A stretch of DNA of 64,000 nucleotides from Acidobacteriota bacterium. GTDB taxonomy: Bacteria; Acidobacteriota; UBA6911. The notes below the pieces were generated by a model, which was not told where the DNA came from, searched no databases, and was given only the letters and a program-made list of their open reading frames with translations. The DNA lies in assembly GCA_963664705.1 (NCBI GenBank), contig OY761556.1, positions 4,448,001-4,512,000 of the forward strand, read 5' to 3'. Position numbers and translations under genes: made by a program. Shown one piece after another: positions 21,069 through 30,000 of the stretch. Numbering within the stretch: the first letter of the stretch is position 1; each line of letters starts with the position of its first letter.

Positions 21069-22058
21069 ATGAATAGAGGGGTGCTGCTTTTCAACTTGGG
21101 AGGCCCTGAAACCCTGGACGACGTCCGGCCGTTCCTCTACTCTCTATTCTCCGACCCGGAAATCATCCGGATCAAGAATTCCCTTCTCCGCCGGTCGCTG
21201 GCATGGGTGATCGCCGAAACCCGGCAAAACAAATCCCGGGATTTATATCGACAGATCGGCGGCGGCTCCCCGCTGCGCCAGATAACCGAAAAACAGGCAG
21301 AAGCATTGGCAACTGCACTAAGAGCGGTAGGACTCGATTCGAGGGTTTATGTAGGGATGCGCTGCTGGAAGCCGACGATCGACGAAGCGGTGAAACGCAT
21401 CCAGGAGGACAAGATCAACCGCCTGGTTCTCCTGCCCCTCTTTCCCCAGTACTCGGTGACCACAACCGGATCCTGCCTGAAGTACTTCGAACTGCTGGAT
21501 GCGAAACTCGGGCTCTCCTCCCGGGTCCGCATTTCAACCATCAAAACATGGTTTGAGGATCCATTTTATATCGACTCCATGGCGGCCCTGATCCGGAACG
21601 AATTGCCGAAGTTTTCACAGGATCCCAAATCGGTTCACTTGCTGTACAGCGCACATTCCATCCCAGCCAGCTATATTGCCCACGGAGATCCATACCTGGA
21701 TCAAACCAGCCGGACAGTGGCATTGATCAATAGCCGCCTGGGAAATGGACATGCGTCCACACTGGCATTTCAGAGCAAGGTCGGACCGGTGAAATGGCTT
21801 GGGCCTTCAACCAGCGAAGTCCTGAAGGAACTGGGCAAGACAGGCAATACCGCCGTGCTCACCATCCCTGTCAGTTTTGTTTCAGACCACATTGAGACGC
21901 TGCAGGAAATTGATATAGCCTATCGGAGAATCGCGTTCCAGGCAGGGATCACGGAATTCCGGCGCGTCCCTTCGCTGAATCTAAATCCAAAATTTATCGG
22001 GGCCTTGGCCAATCTTGTCATTGAGGAACTGCGCCGGGTAACGACGGGCAACCCGTAA
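21069..22058 (+). CDS. hemH: ferrochelatase
   Basis: LLFNLGGP, YRQIGGGSPL, LPLFPQYS.TTTGS, SAHSIP, FQSKVGP..WL.P, SDHIETL.EID. Confidence 0.96.
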   Translation: MNRGVLLFNLGGPETLDDVRPFLYSLFSDPEIIRIKNSLLRRSLAWVIAETRQNKSRDLYRQIGGGSPLRQITEKQAEALATALRAVGLDSRVYVGMRCWKPTIDEAVKRIQEDKINRLVLLPLFPQYSVTTTGSCLKYFELLDAKLGLSSRVRISTIKTWFEDPFYIDSMAALIRNELPKFSQDPKSVHLLYSAHSIPASYIAHGDPYLDQTSRTVALINSRLGNGHASTLAFQSKVGPVKWLGPSTSEVLKELGKTGNTAVLTIPVSFVSDHIETLQEIDIAYRRIAFQAGITEFRRVPSLNLNPKFIGALANLVIEELRRVTTGNP

Positions 22059-22088
22059 GGCGCGCGGCCAAAAAGGGAGCTTTAGACC

Positions 22089-22604
22089 TTAGCGAAGGTT
22101 GGCGATCTCTTCCCGCAGCTTTTTAGCCATTCGGGGGTTGTACCCGGTCAGGATATCGCGGACAACGCCTGTCTTGTCTATCAATACCTGCATCGGAATC
22201 GCTTCCGTCCCATACCTGCTGCCCACTGTGCCGGCCTCATCCAGCAGAATCTGGGATTTCAACTTCTGTTGCCGCATGTATTCGAGGACGGCATCCTTGG
22301 GTTCCTGCAGGTTGATTGCAAGGAGAACCATCGTGTCCGGGAATTCCTTCTGGAGATCTTCCAAAACAGGCATGGTCATGCGGCAGGGGCCGCACCAGGT
22401 TGCCCAGAAATCCAGCAACACAACTTTCCCTCGATATTGATCAAGGGCGACCTGTCGGCCATTGATATCCGGAAGCTTGAAAGCCGGAGCGGGCCGCCCG
22501 GTTTCCAGAACATCGCCTTGAGAAGAACGGCGGGCACAACCTGAGATCACTAAAGCAAAAACAAGCACCATCGCGCTTACGATAAAAAGTTTCTTTGCCT
22601 TCAC
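22089..22604 (-). CDS. TlpA/ResA-like thiol-disulfide oxidoreductase, predicted lipoprotein
   Basis: DFWATWCGPC; lipobox-like ISGC; GTG start at 22604 with GGAGG RBS. Confidence 0.9.
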   Translation of the reverse strand: MKAKKLFIVSAMVLVFALVISGCARRSSQGDVLETGRPAPAFKLPDINGRQVALDQYRGKVVLLDFWATWCGPCRMTMPVLEDLQKEFPDTMVLLAINLQEPKDAVLEYMRQQKLKSQILLDEAGTVGSRYGTEAIPMQVLIDKTGVVRDILTGYNPRMAKKLREEIANLR

Positions 22605-22718
22605 GGTAGCAACCTCCTGCGGCGGGCCTGGAACCAGCACCCTTCAGAACGAACTGTGAAGTATACCCCAAGAGCCGGACACTCGAAGACTGGAATAATT
22701 TGCGCTAAACTGGGGCCA

Positions 22719-23168
22719 ATGATCCGTCAATTCCGCCCAGAAGACGCTCAAGCCTGTTGCACGCTCATTCATGCGTGCCAATCCAGTGATCCGGGCATGT
22801 CCCCGGGTCTGCTCAAAAAGCTAAGGAAAGCCGAAACGCCGCAGTCAATGGAGGAACGCGCACGGTTGTTTTACGTGGCGGTGTATGAAGATACGCAAAG
22901 GATATTGGGAATCGTCGGCCTGGATTTGAACGAAATCCGAATTCTATGTGTCGCCCCTGGATATCAACGGAGCGGCATCGGTCGGGCGTTGCTCGACCAT
23001 ATCCGCCCCATGGTGCCCAAAGCCCTGTTCCCCGATGTTTTTGTTTATTCTTCGCCCGAAGGAAAGGAGTTTTATAAAGCGCTCGGATTTCTTGAAAAGG
23101 GTCCGGTTGAGTTCAGCATCGACGGAGAACAGATGCCCGCGATATTTATGATTCTGCCGCTTGAGTAA
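22719..23168 (+). CDS. GNAT family acetyltransferase
   Basis: MIRQF, VAPGYQRSGIGRALL (motif A), FYKALGF. Confidence 0.85.
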   Translation: MIRQFRPEDAQACCTLIHACQSSDPGMSPGLLKKLRKAETPQSMEERARLFYVAVYEDTQRILGIVGLDLNEIRILCVAPGYQRSGIGRALLDHIRPMVPKALFPDVFVYSSPEGKEFYKALGFLEKGPVEFSIDGEQMPAIFMILPLE

Positions 23169-23252
23169 AAATTGGTAACACCTGCCGCCGTTGCATTATG
23201 AATTATCATTTCACAATCCATAGAATAAAATTCAATTTTTTGATTTCTTTAT

Positions 23253-23300
23253 TTGCGTTTTAGCCGAAAATAAATATGATAGGTAGCACTTAAATATGAT
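23253..23300 (+). promoter_or_regulatory. putative sigma70 promoter and TAAATATGAT direct repeat upstream of the LysM-NlpC/P60 gene
   Basis: TTGCGT-16 bp-TATGAT in an AT-rich spacer; taaatatgat at 23271 and 23291. Confidence 0.45.
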
Positions 23301-23397
23301 TTTTATTTAAGCAGCAGGCATTACGATTAATACTCAGTTTCGAGCCACCCCTGGAAGGCTCGGAAAACGCGCAATCATCAATCTGGTAGATAGGATA

Positions 23398-24213
23398 ATG
23401 AAGGGACGATCCTACATTACTGTTTTGTTTGTTATTGTGGTTCTCCTATTCTCTTCGGCTGCCGGATACTCCAAGACTTCGGCCCGTAAGCGGGCTAAAC
23501 GTGTATCTCAAAAGACCACCCAAACAGGACAAAAATACACGGTTCACCCGGGCGACAATCTGGGAAAAATCGCCAAGGATTTCGGCATCACAACCAAGGC
23601 GATTCAAGCGGCCAACGGGATGAAGAACAACAGGATCAAAGCGGGCCAAGTCCTGAACATACCTGTCTCGAAAACGGCAAAAGCCAAACAGGAAAAAGCA
23701 CCGGTAAAACCGCAGCTGCCCGACATTCTGAATACGTTGAACAAGGCAACCTATATGTCCGCGGTAGCTCCGGCTCCTGCCGACACGGAAGAGGTAAAGG
23801 ACTCTGAAGATATCCCGACGAGGATTCGTCTGGTGCAGGCCGGGTTTGAAATGCTCGGCGTGCGCTATCGTTTCGGGGGATCCGGATCCAGCGGAATTGA
23901 TTGTTCCGGCCTGGTAAAAAATCTTTTCTCCAAATTCAACATTGATCTGCCCAGATCTTCGAAAGAACAGTACCAGCAGGGAAAGAAAGTCAGCAAAGAT
24001 GACTTGCAGGTTGGAGACCTGGTTTTCTTTTCCTCAGGTGGTACCCAGCCGACGCATGTTGGGATTTATATAGGCAACAACCAGTTTTTGCATGCGGCTC
24101 GAAAGGCCAAGCAAGTGGTTGTCAGCGATCTCAGCAAATTGTGGTATACGATGCGCTACCTTGGAGCCCGACGAATCGCCGGACTCTGGGGGGATGACCC
24201 GGTTACCGAATAA
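23398..24213 (+). CDS. LysM + NlpC/P60 (C40) cell-wall endopeptidase
   Basis: Signal peptide; YTVHPGDNL.KIA LysM; YRFGG...GIDCSG, GDLVFF, HVGIY, FLHA. Confidence 0.94.
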   Translation: MKGRSYITVLFVIVVLLFSSAAGYSKTSARKRAKRVSQKTTQTGQKYTVHPGDNLGKIAKDFGITTKAIQAANGMKNNRIKAGQVLNIPVSKTAKAKQEKAPVKPQLPDILNTLNKATYMSAVAPAPADTEEVKDSEDIPTRIRLVQAGFEMLGVRYRFGGSGSSGIDCSGLVKNLFSKFNIDLPRSSKEQYQQGKKVSKDDLQVGDLVFFSSGGTQPTHVGIYIGNNQFLHAARKAKQVVVSDLSKLWYTMRYLGARRIAGLWGDDPVTE

Positions 24214-24297
24214 TCTTCGCTCTCAAAAGCAGCCACTAATTCCACGAATTCCCACGAATTTAGTTGATCAAATTGTATCCAGCCCAATTAGATAGGT

Positions 24298-24663
24298 ATG
24301 TTGCTGAACAAGGAACTATCCTATCGCATTGTGGGAGCAGCCATGGAGGTGCACCGTGAACTCGGTTGCGGCTTCCTCGAAGCAGTGTACGAAGACGCAC
24401 TGTGTCACGAGTTCATTCTGAGCAGCATCCCATACCAGCGCCAGGTGGAGATTCCAATCTATTATAAGGGAGTTCGGATGGGTAAATATTTCGCCGATCT
24501 CCTGGTCGATGGGACGATCATTGTTGAAATCAAAGCTGCCTCCGGCTTTGCAGAGAGGCATATAGCTCAGGCGCTGCATTATCTGGCTGCAACGGATCTT
24601 AGATTGGCAATCCTCATTAACTTTGGCACTCAATCCCTGCAAACAAAGCGTGTTATCCGGTGA
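24298..24663 (+). CDS. GxxExxY family protein (PD-(D/E)XK nuclease-like)
   Basis: IVGAAMEVHRELGCGFLEAVY (GxxExxY), ADLLV...IVEIK, Q..HYL, LINFG. Confidence 0.93.
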   Translation: MLLNKELSYRIVGAAMEVHRELGCGFLEAVYEDALCHEFILSSIPYQRQVEIPIYYKGVRMGKYFADLLVDGTIIVEIKAASGFAERHIAQALHYLAATDLRLAILINFGTQSLQTKRVIR

Positions 24664-24762
24664 TTCGTGTAAATTCGTGGAATTCGAAGCCAAGCAGCCA
24701 CTAATTCCACGAATTCCCACGAATTTTATTGATCAAATTGTATCCAGCTCAATTAGATAGGT

Positions 24763-24903
24763 ATGTTGCTGAACAGTGTACGAAGATGCACTGTGCCACG
24801 AGTTCATTCTGCGTTGCATTATCTGGCTGCAACGGATCTTAGATTGGCAATCCTCATTAACTTTGGCACTCAATCCCTGCAAACAAAGCGTGTTATCCGG
24901 TGA
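24763..24903 (+). pseudogene. internally deleted GxxExxY copy 2; still an open 46-aa mini-ORF
   Basis: MLLNSVRRCTVPRVHSALHYLAATDLRLAILINFGTQSLQTKRVIR*; lacks the equivalents of 24311-24384 and 24421-24571. Confidence 0.8.
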
Positions 24904-24991
24904 TTCGCGTAAATTTGTGGAATTCGAAGCCAAGCAGCCACTAATTCCACGAATTTTTTGATCAAACTGTATCCAGACCAATGAGACAGGC

Positions 24992-25132
24992 ATGTTGCTG
25001 AACAGTGTACGAAGAGGCACTGTGTCACGAGTTCATCCTGCGCTGCATTATCTGGCTGCAACGGATCTTAGATTGGCGATCCTCATTAACTTTGGCACTC
25101 AATCCCTGCAAACAAAGCGTGTTATCCGGTGA
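24992..25132 (+). pseudogene. internally deleted GxxExxY copy 3; still an open 46-aa mini-ORF
   Basis: MLLNSVRRGTVSRVHPALHYLAATDLRLAILINFGTQSLQTKRVIR*; same two deletions as copy 2. Confidence 0.8.
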
Positions 25133-25324
25133 TTCGTGTAAATTCGTGGAATTCGTGGCCGTTTTTGTTTTTGCAATCTGAAATTATCATGTTGTGGTAT
25201 GCTTGCGCACTCATGACAATGCAGTATCAGCATGAAGCAGTAGCCCGGCATCATTGTCTGAAAAATTGTTTTAAGCTGAAATACGCCCAATTTCAGCCAT
25301 TCTGATCACTAAAAGGAGCGAAGC

Positions 25325-26686
25325 ATGGTTGATTATGTAAATATTTTTATGTCCCGCCTGCAGGCCAAGAATCCCGGTGAAACGGAATTCCACCAGGCTG
25401 TTCAGGAAGTTGTTGAATCTCTCTCTCTTGTTCTGGACAGGCATCCGGAATATCGGTCTGCCAAGATTCTGGAACGCATCGTTGAGCCCGAACGCGTCCT
25501 CATGTTCCGGGTACCCTGGACAGATGACCAGGGAGAAATCCAAGTAAACCGCGGATTCCGCATTGAAATGAACAGCGCTATCGGCCCATACAAAGGCGGC
25601 CTGCGTTTTCATCCTTCCGTAAATCTCGGCATTCTGAAATTCCTGGCCTTCGAACAGGTATTCAAGAACAGCCTGACGACGCTTCCTATGGGCGGTGGCA
25701 AGGGCGGATCGGACTTTGATCCTAAGGGGAAAAGCAACAATGAAGTCATGCGCTTCTGCCAGAGCTTCATGACCGAGCTCAGCCGACATATCGGCCCCAA
25801 CACGGACGTTCCGGCCGGAGACATCGGCGTCGGCGGACGGGAGATCGGTTATATGTTCGGTCAGTACAAGAGACTGCGCAATGAGTTCACCGGTGTATTG
25901 ACCGGCAAAGGCTTGAACTGGGGCGGATCCCTAATCCGGCCGGAAGCCACCGGCTATGGCTGCGTTTATTTCTGCGCCGAAATGTTGGCCACTCGCAACC
26001 AGACCATGGAAGGCAAGATTTGCCTTGTTTCCGGAAGCGGAAACGTATCTCAATACACCATCGAAAAGATCCTGCAACTGGGCGGCAAAGTTGTCACATG
26101 CTCCGACTCCGACGGCTACATCTATGATGAAGAAGGCATCGATGAAAAGAAGCTGGCATACATCATGGAACTGAAGAACGTGAAGAGGGGAAGAATCAAG
26201 GCCTACGTCGAAAAGTACAAGAACGCCGTGTACACACCGGTGGATCGGTCCAAGGATTACAATCCTCTCTGGGATCACAAAGCAGACTGCGCATTCCCAA
26301 GCGCGACCCAGAATGAAATCAACGCGAAGGATGCCCGCAATCTGTTGAAGAACGGTGTCTACGTGATCGGAGAAGGCGCCAACATGCCGACGCACTTCGA
26401 AGGCGTGCGCCTCTTCCTCGATGCGAGGGTTCTGTACGGACCGGGAAAAGCAGCCAATGCCGGCGGCGTGGCGGTATCCGGACTGGAAATGTCCCAGAAC
26501 AGCATGCGTCTACCCTGGACCAAACAGGAAGTGGACAACAGGCTGGGCATGATCATGAAGAGCATCCATGCCACATGCGTGGAATGTGCAGATCGTTTCG
26601 GCACTCCTGGCAATTACGTCAACGGTGCCAACATCGGCGGATTCCTCAAAGTTGCGGATGCAATGATCGATCAAGGCTTGGTCTAG
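25325..26686 (+). CDS. gdhA: NADP-specific glutamate dehydrogenase
   Basis: GPYKGGLRFHPSV, FEQVFKNSLT.LPMGGGKGGSDF, DVPAGDIGVG, RPEATGYG, SGSGNV, GKAANAGGVA.SGLEMSQN. Confidence 0.96.
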   Translation: MVDYVNIFMSRLQAKNPGETEFHQAVQEVVESLSLVLDRHPEYRSAKILERIVEPERVLMFRVPWTDDQGEIQVNRGFRIEMNSAIGPYKGGLRFHPSVNLGILKFLAFEQVFKNSLTTLPMGGGKGGSDFDPKGKSNNEVMRFCQSFMTELSRHIGPNTDVPAGDIGVGGREIGYMFGQYKRLRNEFTGVLTGKGLNWGGSLIRPEATGYGCVYFCAEMLATRNQTMEGKICLVSGSGNVSQYTIEKILQLGGKVVTCSDSDGYIYDEEGIDEKKLAYIMELKNVKRGRIKAYVEKYKNAVYTPVDRSKDYNPLWDHKADCAFPSATQNEINAKDARNLLKNGVYVIGEGANMPTHFEGVRLFLDARVLYGPGKAANAGGVAVSGLEMSQNSMRLPWTKQEVDNRLGMIMKSIHATCVECADRFGTPGNYVNGANIGGFLKVADAMIDQGLV

Positions 26687-26707
26687 TCGAGTCTTAGGGA
26701 CTTCTTC

Positions 26708-26771
26708 AGCCACGAATTGCACGACTTCAGCGAACCGTTTATGGCTCGTGTATTGCGTGCAATTCGTGGCT
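26708..26771. repeat. gene-less CACGAATT inverted-repeat element (REP/MITE-like), possibly also a terminator after gdhA
   Basis: Perfect 16-bp IR agccacgaattgcacg / cgtgcaattcgtggct followed by a T-rich tail; same ends as the GxxExxY cassette. Confidence 0.85.
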
Positions 26772-26804
26772 TTTGTTTTATACTGATAGCCGGGAATCAA
26801 CTAT

Positions 26805-29786
26805 ATGGCCGAAAGACATTTGGATCCGCTCTGGATCGAACACGGTTACGGAACGCGCTTTCAGGGCTTTCAGAACCTGATGCGCCACAGGATCAGAGAC
26901 GTTCTTCTTGTTTCAAGTCTGTACGATCTCTACCTGTTTGAGGAGGATGGCCGATTTGACGAGCTTATCAGCAATGAATACCAGAAGCTGAATCTGAGCC
27001 ATTCCCCTGAACTGACGCGTGTATCTTCCGGAAAGGAAGCGATCACTCTCGCGAAAGAGGAGCGCCGTTTTGACCTCATCCTGACGACATTGCATGTCGA
27101 GGATATGACGGCCGTCCAGCTGGCGGAACAGGCACGAGCGGCAGGGGTGGAAATTCCAATCGTCCTCCTGGCCTATGACAGCAGAGAACTGAAAGACCTC
27201 AAGGCGCACAATTACACGGCCGCATTCGACCGTGTGTTTGTGTGGCAGGGAGACTTCCGGCTCATTGTCAGCATCATCAAACACCTGGAAGACCGGATGA
27301 ATGTCGACCACGACACACGCCTGGTCGGCGTCCAGTCCATCCTCTTCATCGAAGACAACATCCACTATTACTCTACCCTCCTCCCGATCCTGTACACGGA
27401 GCTGCTTAACCAGTCGCAGCGGCTCATTTCGGAGGGGATCAACCTTTCGCACAAAGTTCTGAAGACGGTAGCGAGACCCAAGATTCTTCTTTGCCAGACC
27501 TACGAAGAAGCCTGGCACTTCTACGATTCGTACAGGGAACACATCCTCGGAGTCATTTCCGATATCGATTTTCCGCGCAATGGAAAGCCCGATCATGGCG
27601 CCGGGCTCAATTTTGCCAGGGCGATCCGAAGTGAACACCCGGAGCTTCCCATCCTGCTGCAATCGCTGACTTCCGACTACGAGAAGCAGGCCAAGGAACT
27701 GAACCTCTCTTTCATGCCGAAGGGTTCGCCAAACCCTTCCCAGATCCTTCGGCAGTTCATGACCGAATATTTCAGTTTCGGAGATTTTATTTTTCGAACT
27801 CCCGAGGGACACGAAGTAGGCAGAGCCAATGATCTGAAGAGTCTCCGTGAACAGCTCGAATATGCCCCTGAGGAAAGCGTGCGTTTTCATGCAGAGCGGA
27901 ATCACTTTTCCAACTGGTTGAAGGCTCGAACGGAATTTGGGCTTGCGCACAAACTCCGCCCCAGGAAGGTTTCCGATTTCCCGACAGTTGCGGAGCTGCG
28001 ACAGGACCTGATCTCCTCCCTGGGAGCATATACGCGGTCGCAGCAGCGCGGGCTGATTACCGACTTCAAGAAAGACACCTTTGATCCCGAGACCAGTTTT
28101 GCCCGAATCGGCGGCGGGTCGCTCGGCGGCAAGGCGCGCGGCCTGGGGTTTGTGAATACGTTGATCAACAATTACGACGTGCGCCGTCAATTTGCGGGCA
28201 TTCAGATCGCGGTCCCTCCGGCGGTAGTTCTCGGGACAGACCTTTTCGACCGTTTCCTGGACGAAAACAATCTCCGGAAATTTGCGCTGGAGTGCACGGA
28301 CGATGCCGAGATCACCCGAAGGTTCATTGAAAGCGGCATATTCCCGGAAGATCTGCTGGGAGACCTGGCCTCTTTCCTGCACCTGATCCGGGAGCCGCTG
28401 GCAGTGCGGTCCTCGAGCATGCTCGAAGATACTCAGTATCATCCGTTTGCCGGTGTTTACGAAACCTACATGATCCCCAACGATCATCCGGATCCATTTG
28501 TCCGGCTTGGGCAACTGGTGACGACCATCAAACGCGTTTATGCCTCGACTTTCTACCAGTGCGCCAAGGATTACTTCAAAGTCACCGACTACAAGCTTGA
28601 AGAAGAGAAGATGTCGGTCATCGTTCAGAAAATGGCAGGAGTGCAGCACGGCACGCGCTTCTATCCCGATTTCTCCGGAGTGGCCAAATCCTATAACTAT
28701 TATCCGGTACCGCCACAAAGAGCCTTGGACGGAATTGTCTCCGTAGCGCTCGGCTTGGGAAAAACCATCGTGGACGGAGGAATCACGGTCCGATTCTGCC
28801 CGAAATATCCCAACCACATACTTCAGTTCTACTCGCCGCGGGAGGCGTTGAATACGAGCCAGACGCAGTTCTTCGCCCTCGACCTGAGCGCCGCTCCGGC
28901 ACAGCCGGCCGAAACGAGCGATGTTCAGGTGAAGGCCTTCGGGATTGATGTCGCCGAAGAAGACGGATCCCTGCAACATGTGGCTTCAACCTATTCAGCG
29001 GAAAACGATGCCCTATACGAGGGAACTTCCAGATCGGGTCCCCGAATTGTGACCTTTGCCCCGATACTTAAGAACAAGATATTCCCGCTGCCCCATATCC
29101 TGGAGCTTTTGCTCGATATGGGCAGTTGGGGAATGGGGGCCCCGGTTGAGATGGAATTTGCCGTCACAATGTCGAGGAAATCGAATCAACTGAGAGATTT
29201 CGCACTTCTGCAATTGCGCCCCCTCGGCATGAGCAAGGATTCTGATCCGCTGATATTTGAAGAGGTCGCGGAAGACAGCCTGATTTGTCGAAGCACCCAG
29301 GTTCTTGGACATGGCGTGTCCAATGATATCCACGATATCGTTGTTGTGGATATGGACCGGTTCAACCGGGCCAGGAGCAAGGATGCCGCCCATGAGGTAT
29401 CGCAATTCAATGAAAAGCTGGTGGACGAAAAACGGCCCTACCTGCTTATCGGCGTAGGCCGGTGGGGATCTCTCGACCCGTGGCTTGGGATTCCGGTAAA
29501 ATGGGATCAGATCTCGGGTGCAAAGGTGATTGTTGAAGCCGGATTCAAAGATATGGAAGTAGACCCGTCCCAGGGTTCACACTTCTTCCATAACATTACC
29601 TCGTTCCGCATCAGCTACTTCACTGTGAATTCAATGACCCAGGATGGTTTTATCGACTGGGAGTGGCTTCGCACCAACCCTGCGGTCGAGGAAAAACAAT
29701 TTGTACGCCACATCCGGCTGGCAAAGCCGGTGGTGGCAAAGGTCGATGGACATCGAAATAAAGGCGTCATCTTGAAACCGGAGTAG
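26805..29786 (+). CDS. receiver-domain + PEP/pyruvate-binding (PPDK_N, ATP-grasp-like) domain protein
   Basis: Two REC-like regions (LFIED...VISD...LLQS...PK); GGKARGL and LAVRSSS.LED..PFAGVY PEP-synthase N-domain motifs; no recognisable phospho-His swivel domain. Confidence 0.85.
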   Translation: MAERHLDPLWIEHGYGTRFQGFQNLMRHRIRDVLLVSSLYDLYLFEEDGRFDELISNEYQKLNLSHSPELTRVSSGKEAITLAKEERRFDLILTTLHVEDMTAVQLAEQARAAGVEIPIVLLAYDSRELKDLKAHNYTAAFDRVFVWQGDFRLIVSIIKHLEDRMNVDHDTRLVGVQSILFIEDNIHYYSTLLPILYTELLNQSQRLISEGINLSHKVLKTVARPKILLCQTYEEAWHFYDSYREHILGVISDIDFPRNGKPDHGAGLNFARAIRSEHPELPILLQSLTSDYEKQAKELNLSFMPKGSPNPSQILRQFMTEYFSFGDFIFRTPEGHEVGRANDLKSLREQLEYAPEESVRFHAERNHFSNWLKARTEFGLAHKLRPRKVSDFPTVAELRQDLISSLGAYTRSQQRGLITDFKKDTFDPETSFARIGGGSLGGKARGLGFVNTLINNYDVRRQFAGIQIAVPPAVVLGTDLFDRFLDENNLRKFALECTDDAEITRRFIESGIFPEDLLGDLASFLHLIREPLAVRSSSMLEDTQYHPFAGVYETYMIPNDHPDPFVRLGQLVTTIKRVYASTFYQCAKDYFKVTDYKLEEEKMSVIVQKMAGVQHGTRFYPDFSGVAKSYNYYPVPPQRALDGIVSVALGLGKTIVDGGITVRFCPKYPNHILQFYSPREALNTSQTQFFALDLSAAPAQPAETSDVQVKAFGIDVAEEDGSLQHVASTYSAENDALYEGTSRSGPRIVTFAPILKNKIFPLPHILELLLDMGSWGMGAPVEMEFAVTMSRKSNQLRDFALLQLRPLGMSKDSDPLIFEEVAEDSLICRSTQVLGHGVSNDIHDIVVVDMDRFNRARSKDAAHEVSQFNEKLVDEKRPYLLIGVGRWGSLDPWLGIPVKWDQISGAKVIVEAGFKDMEVDPSQGSHFFHNITSFRISYFTVNSMTQDGFIDWEWLRTNPAVEEKQFVRHIRLAKPVVAKVDGHRNKGVILKPE

Positions 29787-29790
29787 GACT

Positions 29791-29997
29791 TTGGCCGAAA
29801 ACAGCGAAGAAGATAAGAAAGGATATGCGAAAGCACGCAAGGTGTTCGAAAACTGCCCGCATTGCGGTCAGGAATTGAGCCCCTGGCAACAGGTGCTGCT
29901 TTCAATCGACCGGGCTCTGGTATGTAAGAACTGCTGGTACCGGATCATCCTTGATATCTCGGAAGATGAAACTTCCCCACAACCGAATAAGGAATAG
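29791..29997 (+). CDS. small Zn-ribbon protein
   Basis: CPHC...CKNC; TTG start 4 bp after the upstream stop; ends 3 bp before the next ATG. Confidence 0.7.
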   Translation: MAENSEEDKKGYAKARKVFENCPHCGQELSPWQQVLLSIDRALVCKNCWYRIILDISEDETSPQPNKE

Positions 29998-30000
29998 GCA

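Larger units (their letters stand above)
24227..25159 (+). repeat. tandem array of three inverted-repeat-bounded GxxExxY units (465 bp, 240 bp, about 228 bp)
   Basis: Units start at 24227, 24692 and 24932 with aagcagccactaattccacgaatt and end with attcgYgtaaattYgtggaattcg. Confidence 0.95.

Noticed and set aside
16791-22604. M16 peptidase + radical SAM as a RiPP or PQQ-like pathway
   Set aside because: The radical SAM protein is a clear HemN next to hemH, and no precursor peptide was seen.
24572-25132. Diversity-generating retroelement TR/VR pair
   Set aside because: Mismatches are mostly C/T rather than adenine-specific, and there is no reverse transcriptase in the window.
24227-25159. CRISPR array
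   Set aside because: The units are 230-465 bp near-identical gene copies, not short repeats with unique spacers, and no cas genes are present.
25190-25260. sigma-54 promoter upstream of gdhA
   Set aside because: The TGG...TGC words are present but not at GG-N10-GC spacing.
26913-28979. 688-aa minus-strand ORF
   Set aside because: Antisense shadow of the REC/PPDK_N gene with no recognisable motifs.
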